Assembly: GCA_030704615.1 (NCBI GenBank)
Contig: CM060733.1
Location: 15,004,001-15,068,000 of the forward strand
Length of the DNA: 64,000 bases
Direction: 5' to 3'
Source of the DNA: Takakia lepidozioides
Lineage: Eukaryota; Plantae; Bryophyta
The notes beneath the pieces are model-generated. The model ran no database searches and was not told the origin of the DNA. It worked only from the letters and a program-made list of their open reading frames with translations. Positions within the stretch are counted from its first letter, which is position 1. Each line of letters starts with the position of its first letter. Positions 49,364-63,032 of this stretch are shown here, piece after piece. Position numbers and translations under genes: made by a program.

Positions 49364-50163
49364 CCCTTAATTTCCCAAGCGACCTGAATCGGGTCACTCT
49401 GAATTTCCACTTCCACCTAATTTCAGCGGATCTCCTCTGATAAACCCACTCCTGAAGCTTTTATGACAAAGGACTTATCTCGAATATGATGCAAATTTTT
49501 TTTTGAGAAAAAACAAAAGCTACCACCTACGGATAATACCTAAGGTAATTATGTCACATTTTGGCCTTGTAAAGGGCTTGTTGACGGCTCACGTGGAGGG
49601 TAACCAGGCCCAAATTGTAAAATTAATAAATTTAGTAAAAATGAAAAAATTGTAAAAACCACTTCACGGAGTGTGAGCATTATATACACACATCCACCAT
49701 TGGGTTTTAGAAATTTTGTAGCAAGAAAATACTTCATTTGGCACATTTTTCCTTGTCAATTTTTAGATTTTAACCCCTATGTAATTACATACCAAGCAAC
49801 CATAGGTGAAAAAATCAGTTGGACCTGCAATTTAGAGGGGCTGTAGCCATTCCACTGTGGATTTGGAAATGGTGGGTCTTGAGGCAAGCAAATTTGGATA
49901 AAGCCAGGTGTTGATTTGGTCAAACCTATTTTTTTCCCACTTCTCTTTTGAGGCCTGAAATTTGAGGTTCGGGCCAATGTTATAATCTCACAATTCCCAC
50001 GGTGGAATTGGCTCATTTTTTGATATGTTGTGCATAAATGAGCTAGGCCCACATCTAATAGGGCTGAATCTATGGATGATTTTTGGTAGGTTTCTGAGGG
50101 CAATTTACTGCCGCTGGGTACCCAAAATTTAAAAACTCCAAAAAGGGCTTGGGAAATTAAGGG
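49364..50163. mobile_element. piggyBac-like non-autonomous element (800 bp)
   Basis: Perfect 17-bp TIR CCCTTAATTTCCCAAGC / GCTTGGGAAATTAAGGG with TTAA on both sides (49360-49363, 50164-50167). Confidence 0.75.
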
Positions 50164-50437
50164 TTAAGTAAAAAGTAAAAAGTAAACAAGCCCAGGTCCT
50201 TAAAAATTTAGTAGATGTTTCTGCGACATTCTCAGGGCCACGTCACCATCCAAATACCGAAATTAAAATGAACAATTCTCGGACGGACGTGAATTGGATT
50301 ACACCCGATCGTTAGAACGCTTCTCTGTCTGCTTGGACCCTCGTCACAGGAATCGTCGCGAGGAGAACGAATTGTGAACGAGAAACTGTGCATGGGTAGG
50401 ACTGCAGCTGAAGCCTGCTTGTGGAGAAGCTCCCGCT

Positions 50438-53400
50438 ATGGCAGCCAAGCGAGCAGGCTTGGGAATGGAGGCAGTGGTGGGCTGCTTGGCAGCCAAGGAT
50501 TGCCGAGAGTACAAGGTCAGCAACAGGCTGCAGGAAGGCAGGCGTCCTCTCTATGCCATCTGCTTCAATCTTATAGACTCCCGATTCCATTCTGTGTTTG
50601 CATCGGCTGGTGGCTATCGGGTAGCTCTCTTTCTCTCTCTCTGTCTGGCTCTCTCTTCTGTAGTGATTTATTAGAGAAATTGAATTGATGGAGTACGAAA
50701 GTCTAATAATTAGATCATGGTTTGATGGATTGTGGGGAGTTGACTAGTCTGGTGATCGTCTGAACTGACGTGCAAAGGGGGAAGTTGAAGGGTAAAATGT
50801 AAAATCCTGTATAGTGTAGGAATACCTCCGGGTGTGGTGTGGGTTAAGCTTGTTTTGCTAACAAAAAGTTGGGAAGACCTATTTGTTCAAAAGTTTGATT
50901 GGCCAAAAGCCAATGCCATTGGCTAATTTGATGCTGCATCCGACATTAATCATTATTGGACGTAATATACTTTCCCATAGTGATTGATCTGTTCTTGATT
51001 ATGTCTGAGGCTGCAGGTGACTGTTTACCAGTGCATGTCGGAGGGAGGTGCGGTGGCAGTTCTGCAAGCTTATGTTGACGAAGATGTGTGGACACTTCAG
51101 CCACAACTTGGTCTTGAAATTTTTTTATGCCTAAACTAAGGATCATACAAGGTGGTAGGTACAAAAGTACTGCTGTACCCAAGAATAGGTGTCAGGTGTT
51201 GGGGGTTCAGACAGGATTCTAAATACGGTGTTAAGCATGACTACTCAACGAAAATAGATTGGCGGATCAAACCCATAGTGTTTTTTTTAAGCGTGTCAAG
51301 TTCCTTCTTTGAGAAGGCATTCCAGCTATTGAAAGATAAATTTCAAAGAAAGGTTTTCCCACATGATTATTGAGAGGATGGGCCGACTTAGAAAGGGTTG
51401 ATCGGGCTGGAGGATGACAAATTTTATGGTGTTTCAGTAGGGGGCAAAGTAATCAATCTAGACCAAGGTTTTTAAAGATGATTGCTTCACGATCGGAACT
51501 CTGCTATTTTATTCTGAATCCTGAATTCTTGAGTTAAAATTGTGATTGTGGTCTAGTATTCTCCCAATATTCCTGAACAGTGCATTCAAGAACTTTTGTA
51601 GTCGCATTATTGATCTGGATTTATTGTGAGTGGGGCTCAGAAGTGTCTGCTGAAGTCTTTTGGTAATTCCATTCAGATTTGAAAGAAAATGCTGAAAAAG
51701 GTCACATATTGTTCTCAAGCCGATTAGACTGCTGGAGAGCCTCAAAAGCAAGACATGCAGAGGAGAGGAGGGGTATTTTGTGGCTGATGAAATGCTTGTG
51801 AGTATGTTAAGTATAAGGTTCCACAGCCATGGTGTGCAGAAAGAGGAGGAGTTCTTCACTGTTAGCTGGGCAGTTGGTGACAAGGGCGCACCATTACTGG
51901 CAGTTAGTGGGAGAAATGGTGTGATACGTATTATTGATTGCGGTGCAGACAAGCTCCTTAAGGTCAGATCTGTTGCTCAGAGAGAGAATGTCTCGAGAGA
52001 GAGATTAATTGGCCTTTCGTGTGGCTGCAATCTTGCTTGATGCTGCCTACATTATTTCAATGGTGACATGTCGATTTTCAGTGCTCTATGAGCCACATTG
52101 CTTGCATGCACCCATTGACAATCCAGGTGCTCTGATGGATATCTTGCTCACAGCCAATATCCTGGGTATCAACCAAGGAAGACATAAAGCTGAGGTTTTT
52201 CCCCTCCTCTGTGCATGGTTTCAAAAGTTTGCGGTGTGTGGGCCAGAGCTTTGTTGGGCATGGAGATTCTGTGAATGAACTACGCACGCAGGCGTTGAAC
52301 CCCTGCCTCGTTGCGTCTGCAAGCAAGGTACAGCATCTTCACTTGGTAGGGTTTGACAGAAGGGCAGGTGGATTTGTTGGGAGAAAGTACATGGAGTGTT
52401 CATTTTGTGAAGTAGCAGCATGCCTGACACCTATTGGGTCCTTCTTTTGTTCATGCCTGACACATATTGGGTCCTTTTGTCCCTCTGAAACCAATTTTTA
52501 GACCAATATTTTGAATATATTAGCTGCCATTCTAGGTCAGAATGTCTGATAGCATCATTCGCAACAGAGTTGGATCATATAGAACAAGTGTGTACCACTT
52601 AAAAATGTAGAGAGCATTGTTGGAAGTAGCTAACATATCTTTCTTGCATGGCTCAGGATGAATCGGTAAGACTCTGGAATGTAAATAGAGGTGTGTGCAT
52701 CCTCATCTTTGCTGGAGCTGGTGGCCACCGGAATGAAGTCCTCAGTGTGGTCAGTTTCTCTTATGAAACTTTTAGCTGACTACACTGCAACTCAATCTGC
52801 CCATTGTTAGGCCTGGATGAAAGCCTCTTAATGGAGGTATTTGCATTCCTGGATCCAGCTGTGTAGCCTCTGTTTATTTGGCATGGGACTTGGCAGGACT
52901 TCCATCCCTCAGACATCCTTCAGATCTGCAGCTGCGGGATGGACAACACTATCAAGATCTGGTCACTAAAAGGTATTTTGTGTGTATGTGTGTGTGAGAG
53001 AGTTTATGGGACAAAAATGCCTGACAGACAAAAATGTGCCGATGGCACTGAGCTTACCACAGTTTTGCTATGAGGCCTCATTCTGAGTTGGTTGGTGCAG
53101 AGAAAAGATGTTTGCCGTAGCCTTGTGGCTTTGGATGGTGCAGAGAGACAAGAAGAAAGAGAAAATGCACTGCATGCTATAGCCATGTGTCCATAGTCTC
53201 TGCCCCTGCTTTGAATGGGAGAAGGCATGTTGGAGTAGAGTAGAAAGGGCGCAATCTCGTTTCGAAGGGCTCAATCAAGTAGTGGAACTCCCCTTTTCAA
53301 TAATGCTGATTCGGGCCTTTAAGATTGCCCATACAAGCTCAGACCTGAGGAGGGCCTCACTCACATGGAAGACTTTGCCAAAAGTGTCTGTTTGCTGAAA

Positions 53401-56400
53401 AATCTATTTGTGAGTGTGGAATTCGGTGTTGAAAGCTGTGCAGATTTTTGGAGCTACATAGAAATGTCATTCACGTGGGCAGACTTACCCTCCAAGTTTC
53501 CCACAAAATATGTCCAGTTTCCGGTAAAAACATTTGGATTATATTCTGAGGCCTTGGACTCTAGTGTGTATGCCCCAGCTATCTGTATGGAGAGAGGCAC
53601 AGAAAATGCACTCAGATGGTCCTTGCACAAGTTCTTTTGCCGCTGACTTTGGGGTGCTTAACCTCCTCCAATAGGATGAAAGTGTCTCTTGCACATTGCC
53701 ACCAGCATCTAAAGTAGATATTTTATTCAGTTGGTCTCAAATATGAGAGAATGTACTCATAAGATGTTGTTTGCCGTAGCCTTGTGGCCATAGATACCAC
53801 GCCCAGTTTGGGCAGAACAAACAAACAAGAGAGAGAGAGAGAAATGAAATGAGATGAGAGAGAGATTGTACTCATAAGACGTTGTTTGCCGTAGCCTTGT
53901 GGCCATTGACCCCGCGCCCACTTTGAGCGGGAACAAAAGGGACAGAACCTACCTCTGTCAGGGGCTGACGTTGGTAGTAAGACTTACCTCCATATAAAGA
54001 ATTAATCCGGGTTTTCCAGATATCCTCTAGAAATCCCTTCACACAAGCATCAATCTGCTGTGTGTGATTTGCCCAAAAACTAGGCCTCAGGAGGGCCTGG
54101 GCTTTTGGCTCAGCCTCGAGACTTTCAAAGTTGGTAAACAGGGGTACAGGCACAATTCCCTTAATAGATTTGAAGAGAGCGTCTCTTTGGTGAGAGAATC
54201 CCGGACAGTGTATCAGAAAATGAATACTGTCTTCAGATTGCCCACACAACGGGCAATTGCACTCTCCCTTTCCTCTCTGCTTCTGTTTGCTGTTCAAAGG
54301 TAGGCAGTGCCGAGAGTGGGTAGACCCTTGAGGTCATCCAAGATGTCCTCCCCCATGTCACAGACTGGAAACAAGTTCAGGGAAGTTTTCTGCCTAACTT
54401 CATTTTCATCAGACAATCTCATGGCAACAGACATGGCTGAGGACACTACAGCCTCTAAGTCAGATTCATCCAGCAGGGTCAAGACTTGCGGATCCAGGTC
54501 CAGGTCCTTGAGGATCTCTTCTACTCTCTTCTGCCAGGACTTAGCCTGTTTGACAGGGCGGTCCTGTTTCCAAGATATAGAGTCGATTAACTTAGGATAT
54601 CTGGTGTTGGGCATATGTTGCAGCTGACCCCACCATCTGACCTTGAACTCATCTCGTCGGGAGCTTAAGGACGGAATGCCAAACTCACCCCGAACAGCCA
54701 CATTGGCTGTTTTGGAGCATGCTGACATACACTCCCTAAGCACCCCCACTTGAATGGATTCTAGAGACTTAGCCTGGTTGGAGTTATCAACCCATATAGC
54801 AGATCCGTACTCCAAGGCAGGTCTAATAACGCGACAAAGCATGGTTTTCTTAACCTCAGAGTTGACCCCTCTGCAGTGGAAAAATTTAGTGAGCCCCAGA
54901 GCTTTGCCCTTGCCAGTTTGAACAACTTTCCGGATATGTGCATCCCAATTACAATTGGAGGAGAACTCAACGCCCAGGTAAGTGTAGGAAGGGAGGACCG
55001 GGATCTCTTGGCTACCCCACTGCTACTTAAGATCACTTCCTCTCTCTCCTCTGTCGTTGAATGCTACCACTGCACATTTGCTGACATTAGCCTCTAGCCC
55101 CCAAAGATCAAAGTATCTCTTCGCGCAATCAATCAACTCCTGGAGATTGGTTGGAGTCTCCCCTATGCCTGCGAAGTCATCCGCAAACATAAGGGCTGGT
55201 ATGGTGGTATCACCCACCCTTAACCCAAATCCCTCACTTTCCACATCCTCGAGGAGTTGATTGATGAAAACATTGAAGAGCAGAGGGGAGAGAGTACATC
55301 CTTGAGCTACACCTTGGTCTATGTCAAAGAAGTTGGACTTCTGTCCGTTAACAGTGACACAGCTTTTGGTGTGAGCATACAAGATGAGAGAGAGAGAGAG
55401 AGAGAGAGTACTCGTAAGATGTTGGCCTTGTGGCCATAGACCATGTACCCAGTTTGGGCAGAACAAAAGGGAACAGACACTTGTGAAGGGCTCACTCCAG
55501 TAGTAAGACTTACAGTGATATAGATAGAAAGCCTTTCATAGAAGCATCAATCTGCTGTGTGTGATCTGTTAGACCCCAACAGGGCCAGGGCTTTAGGCTC
55601 AGCCTTGAGATTTGGTGAACAGAGGTGCCTGGACTATGTTCTTAATCGGCCTGAAGAGGATCACTGTCTGATGAGGATACCCTGTACATTGTATCAGAAA
55701 ATGGATAGTCTTCAGGATGCCCGCACATTGGGCACAATGTACTCATGAGACGTTGTTTGCCGTAGCCTTGTGGCCTTAGTTTGTGACTAGAGAGAGAGAG
55801 AGAGAGAGATAGCACTGAGACGAAAATATCTTGTGGGAATGGGAGGCAAGGTCTTCAACGCCTTGGTGCATAGCAACTATGTTGATTGCGCACGGTGGCT
55901 TGGGGATTTCATCCTCTCGAAGGTACACCAAGCTTCTATTAACTTGAGTTGGATTGTTCAAGCTGTCCCTTGATTTGTATACTTGTCCTTTTGCCATTAA
56001 GTAGAGATGAGTAGCATCTGAGGAAAAATACCATCCTACATGTATCCAACGATGCAAGCAGTTCTGAGATTTGACGACTTCAACACCGTGGTGTCTAGTG
56101 ATGGTTATGGGGCAGGCTCCCAGCCTAGCAGTAAAGGCTTTGGAGGTATTTAGTCTTTGATAAAGGATTTGAATTTGAGAACAATGAATTGTCCTACTGT
56201 GGTCTCCCTCACTTGTTGTGTGGGTGATGCAGAGTGTGGATAATGAAATAGTATTGTGGGAGCCACAGTACCAAACTGGAACTACAACAAATGACGTGCG
56301 TTTCTTTTGGCCAAGAAAGAGAGAAAGACAGGAGAAACTTGATAATGTCCATGAGGGAAAATATTGTAAAGGAGGGTCTGGGTGTTGCCAAATCTTTTCT

Positions 56401-57485
56401 TTTTTGCTCTGAACTGCGATTCTTTTAGAGACTTATGTGTGACAGGCTCTGCTTTTGGGATCGATTAAGTTGAACTTATTTGGCTGTTGTCATGCTACTT
56501 CCTTACAAGGGCAAGTATCAAAATTCTTGTAGTAGTCCTATCCTATTCTCATGGACCATGGTCTGATTCTTTGGTGGGGGCGGGAGATGGGTTTTCTGAA
56601 CAGGGCAAAGTAGATATACTGCAGAAGTACCCAGTGCCTGATTGTGACATCTGGTTCATCAAGTTCTCCTGTGATTTTCACTTCAACACTCTCACAATTG
56701 GTAAGGTCACCGCTAAACCTCAATAGACAAAATGTACTCATATAATGTTGTTTGCCTTGTGGCCTAAACCTCAATAGAAAAGGAAAGGAAGGAAGGTCAG
56801 TTGAACATCCAGAAGTTTGTCTTGGCCAGCAGTTTTTCTCCGACGTCTAAGTTAGGCAGTGCAGCTACACTGTATGTGTGTGTTATCAGGACATTTAGGC
56901 TCGTGTTGAGTCTCTGCTACACATTCAAACCCAGTCAAGGGTAAAGTGTGACGATGATGACAAGTCTACAGGAAGCCCAGTCGGAATCCAATCCTCACAC
57001 ATGTTCTCGTGTTGAACAGGAAACAGGGAAGGCCGGGTGTTAGTGTGGGAGGCGCAATCCAGCCCTCCCAAGTTGCTTGCCAAGTATGTCTCATTTTCAT
57101 GCACCTCCCAAGATGAGGAAAACAGCTTGTGGTGTGTGGACTATGTTATTTAACGAATGAAAGCACTTGATTGGCAGGTTGTCACATTCACAATGCAAGT
57201 CACCGATTCGGCAAACAGCCACCTCATTCGATGGCAGGTGGGTTGGAGGATCTCACTTTTGTGAAGGCTTTGCTCTATAGCTCAAGTGATTCAGATTATA
57301 TCCTTACGAGGGGACACTTACTCAATGCAACTGTCTAAACAAGCACCTGCCATGCCATCTTGCAACAAATTGTAGTCTATTGTCCCTCAAGTAATGGAGC
57401 TCTCTACTTTCACCCTGATCTGTGCAGCACTATCCTGTGTTGCTGTGAGGATGGCTGCATCTGGCGGTGGGATGCAGTATCTTGA
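50438..57485 (+). CDS. FIE: Polycomb PRC2 WD40 subunit FIE (ESC/EED homolog)
   Basis: 13 exons: 50438-50620, 51017-51085, 51840-51962, 52247-52327, 52657-52749, 52897-52972, 53444-53523, 55851-55922, 56233-56295, 56604-56700, 57020-57083, 57178-57237, 57428-57485. Open frame with SFVGHGDSVNE, GGHRNEVLSVDFHP, VHSNYVDC, CDIWFIKFS, CEDGCIWRWD. Confidence 0.96.
53845..55385 (-). mobile_element. 5'-truncated non-LTR retrotransposon (RT C-terminal half plus CCHC finger) in FIE intron 7
   Basis: GVAQGCTLSPLLFNVF..LMFADD; VIRPALEYGSAIW; CPLCGQSEDSIHFLIHC. Frameshifted. The stop codon is followed by GTACAA and a (TC)n tail. Confidence 0.92.
55386..55810 (-). mobile_element. Two further truncated 3' copies of the same LINE, head-to-tail
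   Basis: 55386-55735 is a diverged copy of 53868-54260. 55737-55775 repeats the terminus. (GA)n tracts at 55386-55408 and 55789-55809. Confidence 0.85.
56728..56763 (-). mobile_element. Very short LINE 3' end with TSD
   Basis: AATGTACTCATATAATGTTGTTTGCCTTGTGGC flanked by the 15-bp direct repeat CTAAACCTCAATAGA (56713-56727, 56764-56778). Confidence 0.8.
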
Positions 57486-58264
57486 CCTGAGTGGCAGTGT
57501 CACTAAGCTACATCCTGAACTATTTGCAATGGTTGTTGCTGGAGCTGGACAACAATAGAGACCAAATAGTCATATCAAGACCACTATGATGTAAAAGGAG
57601 GAGTGAGGAGATGATTCCATCTGAAACAGGTGCCTAAAGTGGGGTCCACAAAGCACCTTGCAAGTATGTGGATGAAAGTTGAGAGACATCCCAGTTTTTG
57701 GGGGCCATCAACACTGAAAGGACTTTTGATTAGACTATCACCATCCAGGGTGAGGCTCATCTGGTCATGTAACTGTAGGCTTTGTCTTCAAGGGTGGTTA
57801 CTAAATGATAATTGGCAATGAATTTACTGTCTGTTTATAACAGCCCATTCACCTGACAGATTCTTTGGATTAAGCTGGAAGGTGAGTTCATATGGAAAGA
57901 CTGGGAAAGTATCTGGTCTTGCCCAATTCAGCTCTTGAGAGAGAATCTACTCAACAAGTCGAGCATGCCTTCTGATAATGACTGCACTAAACTATACCTT
58001 AAAAGATAGGCAAAAGTAGCAGCAAACTACTAGATCAGAAGAGGTACAAACTACTATACAGAAATGGGGGAAAAACTAAGATTTTTGGAGTACCATTGGA
58101 AGGAGCATGCTCATATTGAGCAAAGTATACATGGCAAATGTTTCTGTACTGAAATTGCAACACTACAGAAGATACTTGGAAAGGGCATGTTCATGAAGAA
58201 GTTGAACAAGAATGGGTGTACATTGAAAAGCTCAAAGGCTTTGCTGTGTTGAATTTGCTAATTC

Positions 58265-61037
58265 TTAAGCCAGGTCAGTCTGGTTCCGAACACAGTTCCC
58301 AGGCAAAAGGAACTGGAATTTGATCTGATTTTTTAGTAAATGGACTGGCAAATGGATACCAGAAGAGGAGCGAGGGACTGGGCCAAGTTTCCCAATGAGC
58401 TCCCGGAAAGTAAACTCTTCTGGCAACATGTCAAATATGTCTGCTCCACGGCATATTATATCTTGAATGCGAGCTGGATCTAAAAATGAGGGGTACCGCA
58501 CCCGGTCTGCATGCGAATATGCCTGCACAGAGATGGAAAAATGAGTACAGTTTGCTCCTGGTCAGATTTCTGATATATATCAATCTGCAAAACTTGGTGG
58601 GCCCACTTTTGACCTGGATCAATCAAGCACAAAAACCTGAACAATTAATTCCTTACAATTATTTTGTGAAGAAGATCAACATTGGTTTTGGATTTTTTGT
58701 CATTCGAAATAATTGGAACCTTACAGCTTCACTGGGATCGTTGAGTACATGTCTTACAGTTCGGCAATGGCAACAATTCATTCAATCTCATTATTATTAG
58801 GGATGTGCTCTATCTTCCTTGTTTGTATTAGTCTCATTGCTTTATGTGTTTGTTTCTCTGCTCTTTTTGCACATGGCCTCTGGCTAGGCAGTCCATATGG
58901 TTTTCTTGATCATTCTTGTTACTTCGTTCCGGCTTGACAAGAGTGAGTATGCCTTCAGGTTTTAATTTTTTCCCCTCACAAACTGATTTTAATAAATTGG
59001 GATTTCCCCCTTTCTCCAAAGGGGGGAAAAGAAGAATCTGGAAGTACTTAAAAAGTCACAAGTTACTTACTTGCATTTTGAAAACAAAATCAGTGATGTG
59101 CCTGAAGCAGAAACTGCAATGCCAGCCAGCATCTGCGAGGAGCAGGTCAGCTCTTCGTCCATGACTATAAGCGGTGGAGCCAGGCTGATAGAGACTCACA
59201 GAGGAACGCCAGCTCCCATAGTCGACAAAGAACTCAAATGAATGGAGGTAGTTCCTCATCTGGAGATGCATAGTGGGTGGAATGCCGTCACACCACTGAA
59301 GGAGTTGGATGGTGTGGGCATATGGTAGTTCATCGACATCTGCCATGATGAGCACATCTCCTTCCCTAATCCCAGACACATGCACAGCTTTGTCCATGGC
59401 TTGTCTTTGACGGGATTCAAGGACAAACGGATCTTCACCCTTTTCCAGTTGTCGACCAGGTAAGACTACGTGGATGAGTTTATCCTTAACAAAAGAGAAA
59501 CGGTCCCTGTTCTCATTGAAGAAGAGGGGTTTGGGGCGCCCTGTAAATGTTGTGTTGGACTCCAAGAGCACAAATTTTGTGACATACGGCCCCAATTCCT
59601 GCATTGCCAGAATTTTGGAGACTGAGAAAGGCGTATCTGAGCTATTCGAGCTAATGGTTGAGAGAGAAAATGTACTCATAAGACGTTGTCTGCCGTAGCC
59701 TTGTGGCCATAGACCCCGCACCCAGTTTGAGCAAAAGAAGAGGAACATACACTACCATTGTGAGGGAGGGTTGATAGAGAGAGAACTTCACAGATCACCA
59801 GATGAAAACTCCGGTGGTATTATCACCACCATCTTTTGGTATGCAGGTTTTTGGAGGAACCGGGGGAGGGACAAGAGGAAGGTATACTCAAAACCTGGAC
59901 ACAAAATTCCTAAAATCAGAAATAGGGTTGCGTGGAGAACCTTGAACCGAATCTCCAAAAGATCAAGCTCATTGCTGAAGATGACTGCATCAAAGACCCG
60001 GCGGGGTTGCTCACGAAGAAGCCAGCCATGGAGGTTACACTGTTGAGCCACTGAAACATTTTCTGCGTAGTAGTGGGGAATGACCTGCACAACAACTGGT
60101 CAGGTTAACTACTTGCCAAAAATGTAGGGAGAAAAATTGTCCGAAGGGGCCGAGACAGTACCCCTGCCCAGAGACGAAGGTGGCACTTTTAGGCCAGCAA
60201 CAGAGAGGAAGAAAATGCTCTAATTTCTGGAGCGCTTTAGCACGATGAAGACCCCTCACATCGACCTTCTGCTAAGAATCAAGCACTGCTGAGCAACTGA
60301 AACACGTAATACCAGCGAGTGGCTCATCTCTAGATAGATTTACGTCACACTTGTTTTTTAGCTAGATTCATAGCGAGATTAGAAACTATCTGAGAACATA
60401 GCTGTGGTATGGAAGCCACTTCGAGTCACTTCTATGCTTTTCATATGTTTGTACCTGAACGCCAGCTTCGATCCACTAAATATAGCTAGTCTATTCATCT
60501 ACCCTCTTGAAGCCTTCTGTCAATGAGCAACAGGGGGAGACACCGATCCTAGCATCAATATACAGGATGGAGCATAATGTCTGCCTAACGTACAAGAATC
60601 CGAAAGTGCTTCCTGTACAGCCCCGATGAATCGAGGAAACGGGCGATGATCTGCATCTCATTTCCACTAAGCAAAAGTCGGACACCAGAAGAGAAGGAAA
60701 GTACTTCTGAGTGTCCCGATTTGCCTTTCTACAGATGCAGTAGCATTTGCAGAGATCAGCCCTGAGTGGGGAATTCCCGCAGCCTCCTATGGCAGGAAGC
60801 TATGCTTAAGCTGGCTGGTTTCTCAAAATTGTGGAAGAGAGACAGAATGTGCACCTGGAATAACTTGGGCGGAGTGTCCCAAATGGGACGTAAAAAGTAG
60901 GAGATGGTGCGGCCATGGAGAAAGACAAGTGATAAGGAGACGGTAAGCGCGCACACAACCAGTAAGATCGCCGCAGTTCTGAGGCTCAGACCTCTGAGGC
61001 GCAGCTGCCTGCTACCATTTGGAATCCATCTCCTCAT
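58265..61037 (-). CDS. GT17 beta-1,4-mannosyl-glycoprotein 4-beta-N-acetylglucosaminyltransferase-like protein, ~370 aa
   Basis: Exons 61037-60855, 60084-59941, 59598-59071, 58522-58265 are in frame. N-terminal TM segment; motifs PRRVFDAVIFSNELDLLEIR, IMADVDELP, DAGWHCSFCF, AYSHADRV. Confidence 0.93.
59660..59785 (-). mobile_element. LINE 3' end copy in GT17 intron 2
   Basis: GAGAGAGAAAATGTACTCATAAGACGTTGTCTGCCGTAGCCTTGTGGCC..., with (GA)n on both sides. Confidence 0.85.
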
Positions 61038-63032
61038 AGCTTCAGCACCAGAAGTTTCACCCAAAAATCTGAAGATGGCTCAAATGACCCCATTTCTCAG
61101 GATGCCATTTCGAGACTGACGACACCATTGCACAATCCACTAGAAGGCTACCCACATCTACAGAAAATCCAGCAGTCGCTGGTTCTTGACTTTGCTACCT
61201 TCTCGTTGGAACACTACCTCCATTTGTAAAGACAGCGGAAGGGGGGAGGAAGAGCGGGGATCAGAAAGGTGAATATGCGCGTGAGATTTACGCTCACGGA
61301 TGGCGGGACCTGCAACAAACCACCAGTCCACACACCGAGAGCCTGCATCCTCAGAGTCTAGACAAATTGAAGAGGCCGTGTAGGATGAAGGAGCAAGCAG
61401 CAAACACTAGCCACAAATTACGCAAGGAAGCTGACAAAAAAAAATCCTCCCCAGATATACCCACCAACATACAGAGGCGAACAGATTGAACAGAGACGCT
61501 TACACCAAACAGTATTCCCTCCAAAGACAGGAAAACGAAAATATTGAGTCACTGAGGGGGAAAAAAGTAGCAGCTGTCATGGAGCAAGATTCCTAGAGAG
61601 AGGGACGATGGTGGCAGACAGAAATCCTGGAGGCAGCATGTGGGTCTGGGTGAAGCTTCCAGCAAAGGACGGCGCGGTGGAGACAACACTGTCTAACGCA
61701 GCGCAGGATTCTAGGACAACGGATAGCGGATGGCTGCCGACGGTTGTAGCCATATTCGCCATCCCAAGTGGATTATTCTGATCGTGGATGCCCTTTAATC
61801 CTCCAGAGATCCCATGTATGTCATGCTTCTGTCGAATCCACCTTCACAGACTGGGTCAGAACAGACAAGAGTCAAGGCACTGCAGATGATCCGGAGGACC
61901 ACTTGTACATCCCCGTACCGAAGGTGGGTAGCAGCCTGCCAAGTCTGCCTGGCCCGAGTGGTGGGTGTCCCGACCAGCACCAAGTGAAACGCTGTTCTTT
62001 GAAAAAGGAGGCATCCATAGCTGCACTGTCACAAGTTATGATCCACCCCTTCGTTTTTTGGAGCTCACCTACCCCCTGCTTCAGCATTTAAAGGTCATCA
62101 AACAGGATACGTGCGGTGTTACCACTGTGTAATGTGAGTGAGATTGTTGGAGAGACAGGTAGCTAATTCTGCATTCATCAGTCAATTCACTGAAATTGAA
62201 CCTGTGCCTGTATACTGCAATGTACAGGGAAGCCACTGAGGACGTTCCTCAAGTGTATTGTGGGAGGCTGAGCCGGCAAAGTGATGACTGTGAGATAGCC
62301 TTCCTCATCTGTTCACTATCTTTACCGCTAACGCAGGATGTGATACCGATCATCTCCACATCCGATTCTGTGAAACCTTCACACGTACTATACTTACAAG
62401 AACATTCCTTCTACAAGAACCATAAGTTACCTACTTCCTTCTCTGGAAACTGTGAAAGCACTATCTCTTTGTGGCGGCTCAAAGAGTTGCAGGAGTTGAG
62501 CAGATGGACAGTATTTCTCGAAAACATGTAGGTATAATCGTGCATTCAAGTTCTAAATGTCGTGGTCACAGGATATAAACTATTCTAGTTCTGCTTTGTG
62601 TCACTTATTCGAAGTGTTGGGAAGTAAAGACATCTGCCAATTTACTGAGTGTACTGCTCAAAAGCCAACTGTTGAGGGGGAAGTTGACAGCTCAAGGAAC
62701 ATATTGAAGGGTTAAACCAAGAGACACTCTGGGCACCTGACCACTGGGCTGCCTGCCCAAATGCGCTACCAAAACCTGATTTTGTGATACATCAAGAATA
62801 TCTTGGCAGTTAGGCTGCCTGATAAGGAGCCCTTGACTGCTCTGGACACATTTTGGCTTCTCAATGCTATGCAGAGGTATCCGGTGACGAGTTTTCACGA
62901 AAAGTTGATCTGGATTAGTGCGCTCTTTCCTCATAATAGACCACCAGTACACATAATAGTGGCAGGAGGTGCCCTATGAAAGTGATGGCTTTTATACCTA
63001 TGCAACAGGTCAACTACACAATTTTGCTTGGT

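Noticed and set aside
53524-55850. FIE inactivated by the LINE stack
   Set aside because: All 13 exons, including exon 8 at 55851-55922, are present and in frame with canonical splice sites.
61560-62960. Possible + strand gene between GT17 and the photolyase
   Set aside because: Some splice-like signals and short ORFs, but no consistent frame or known motif.
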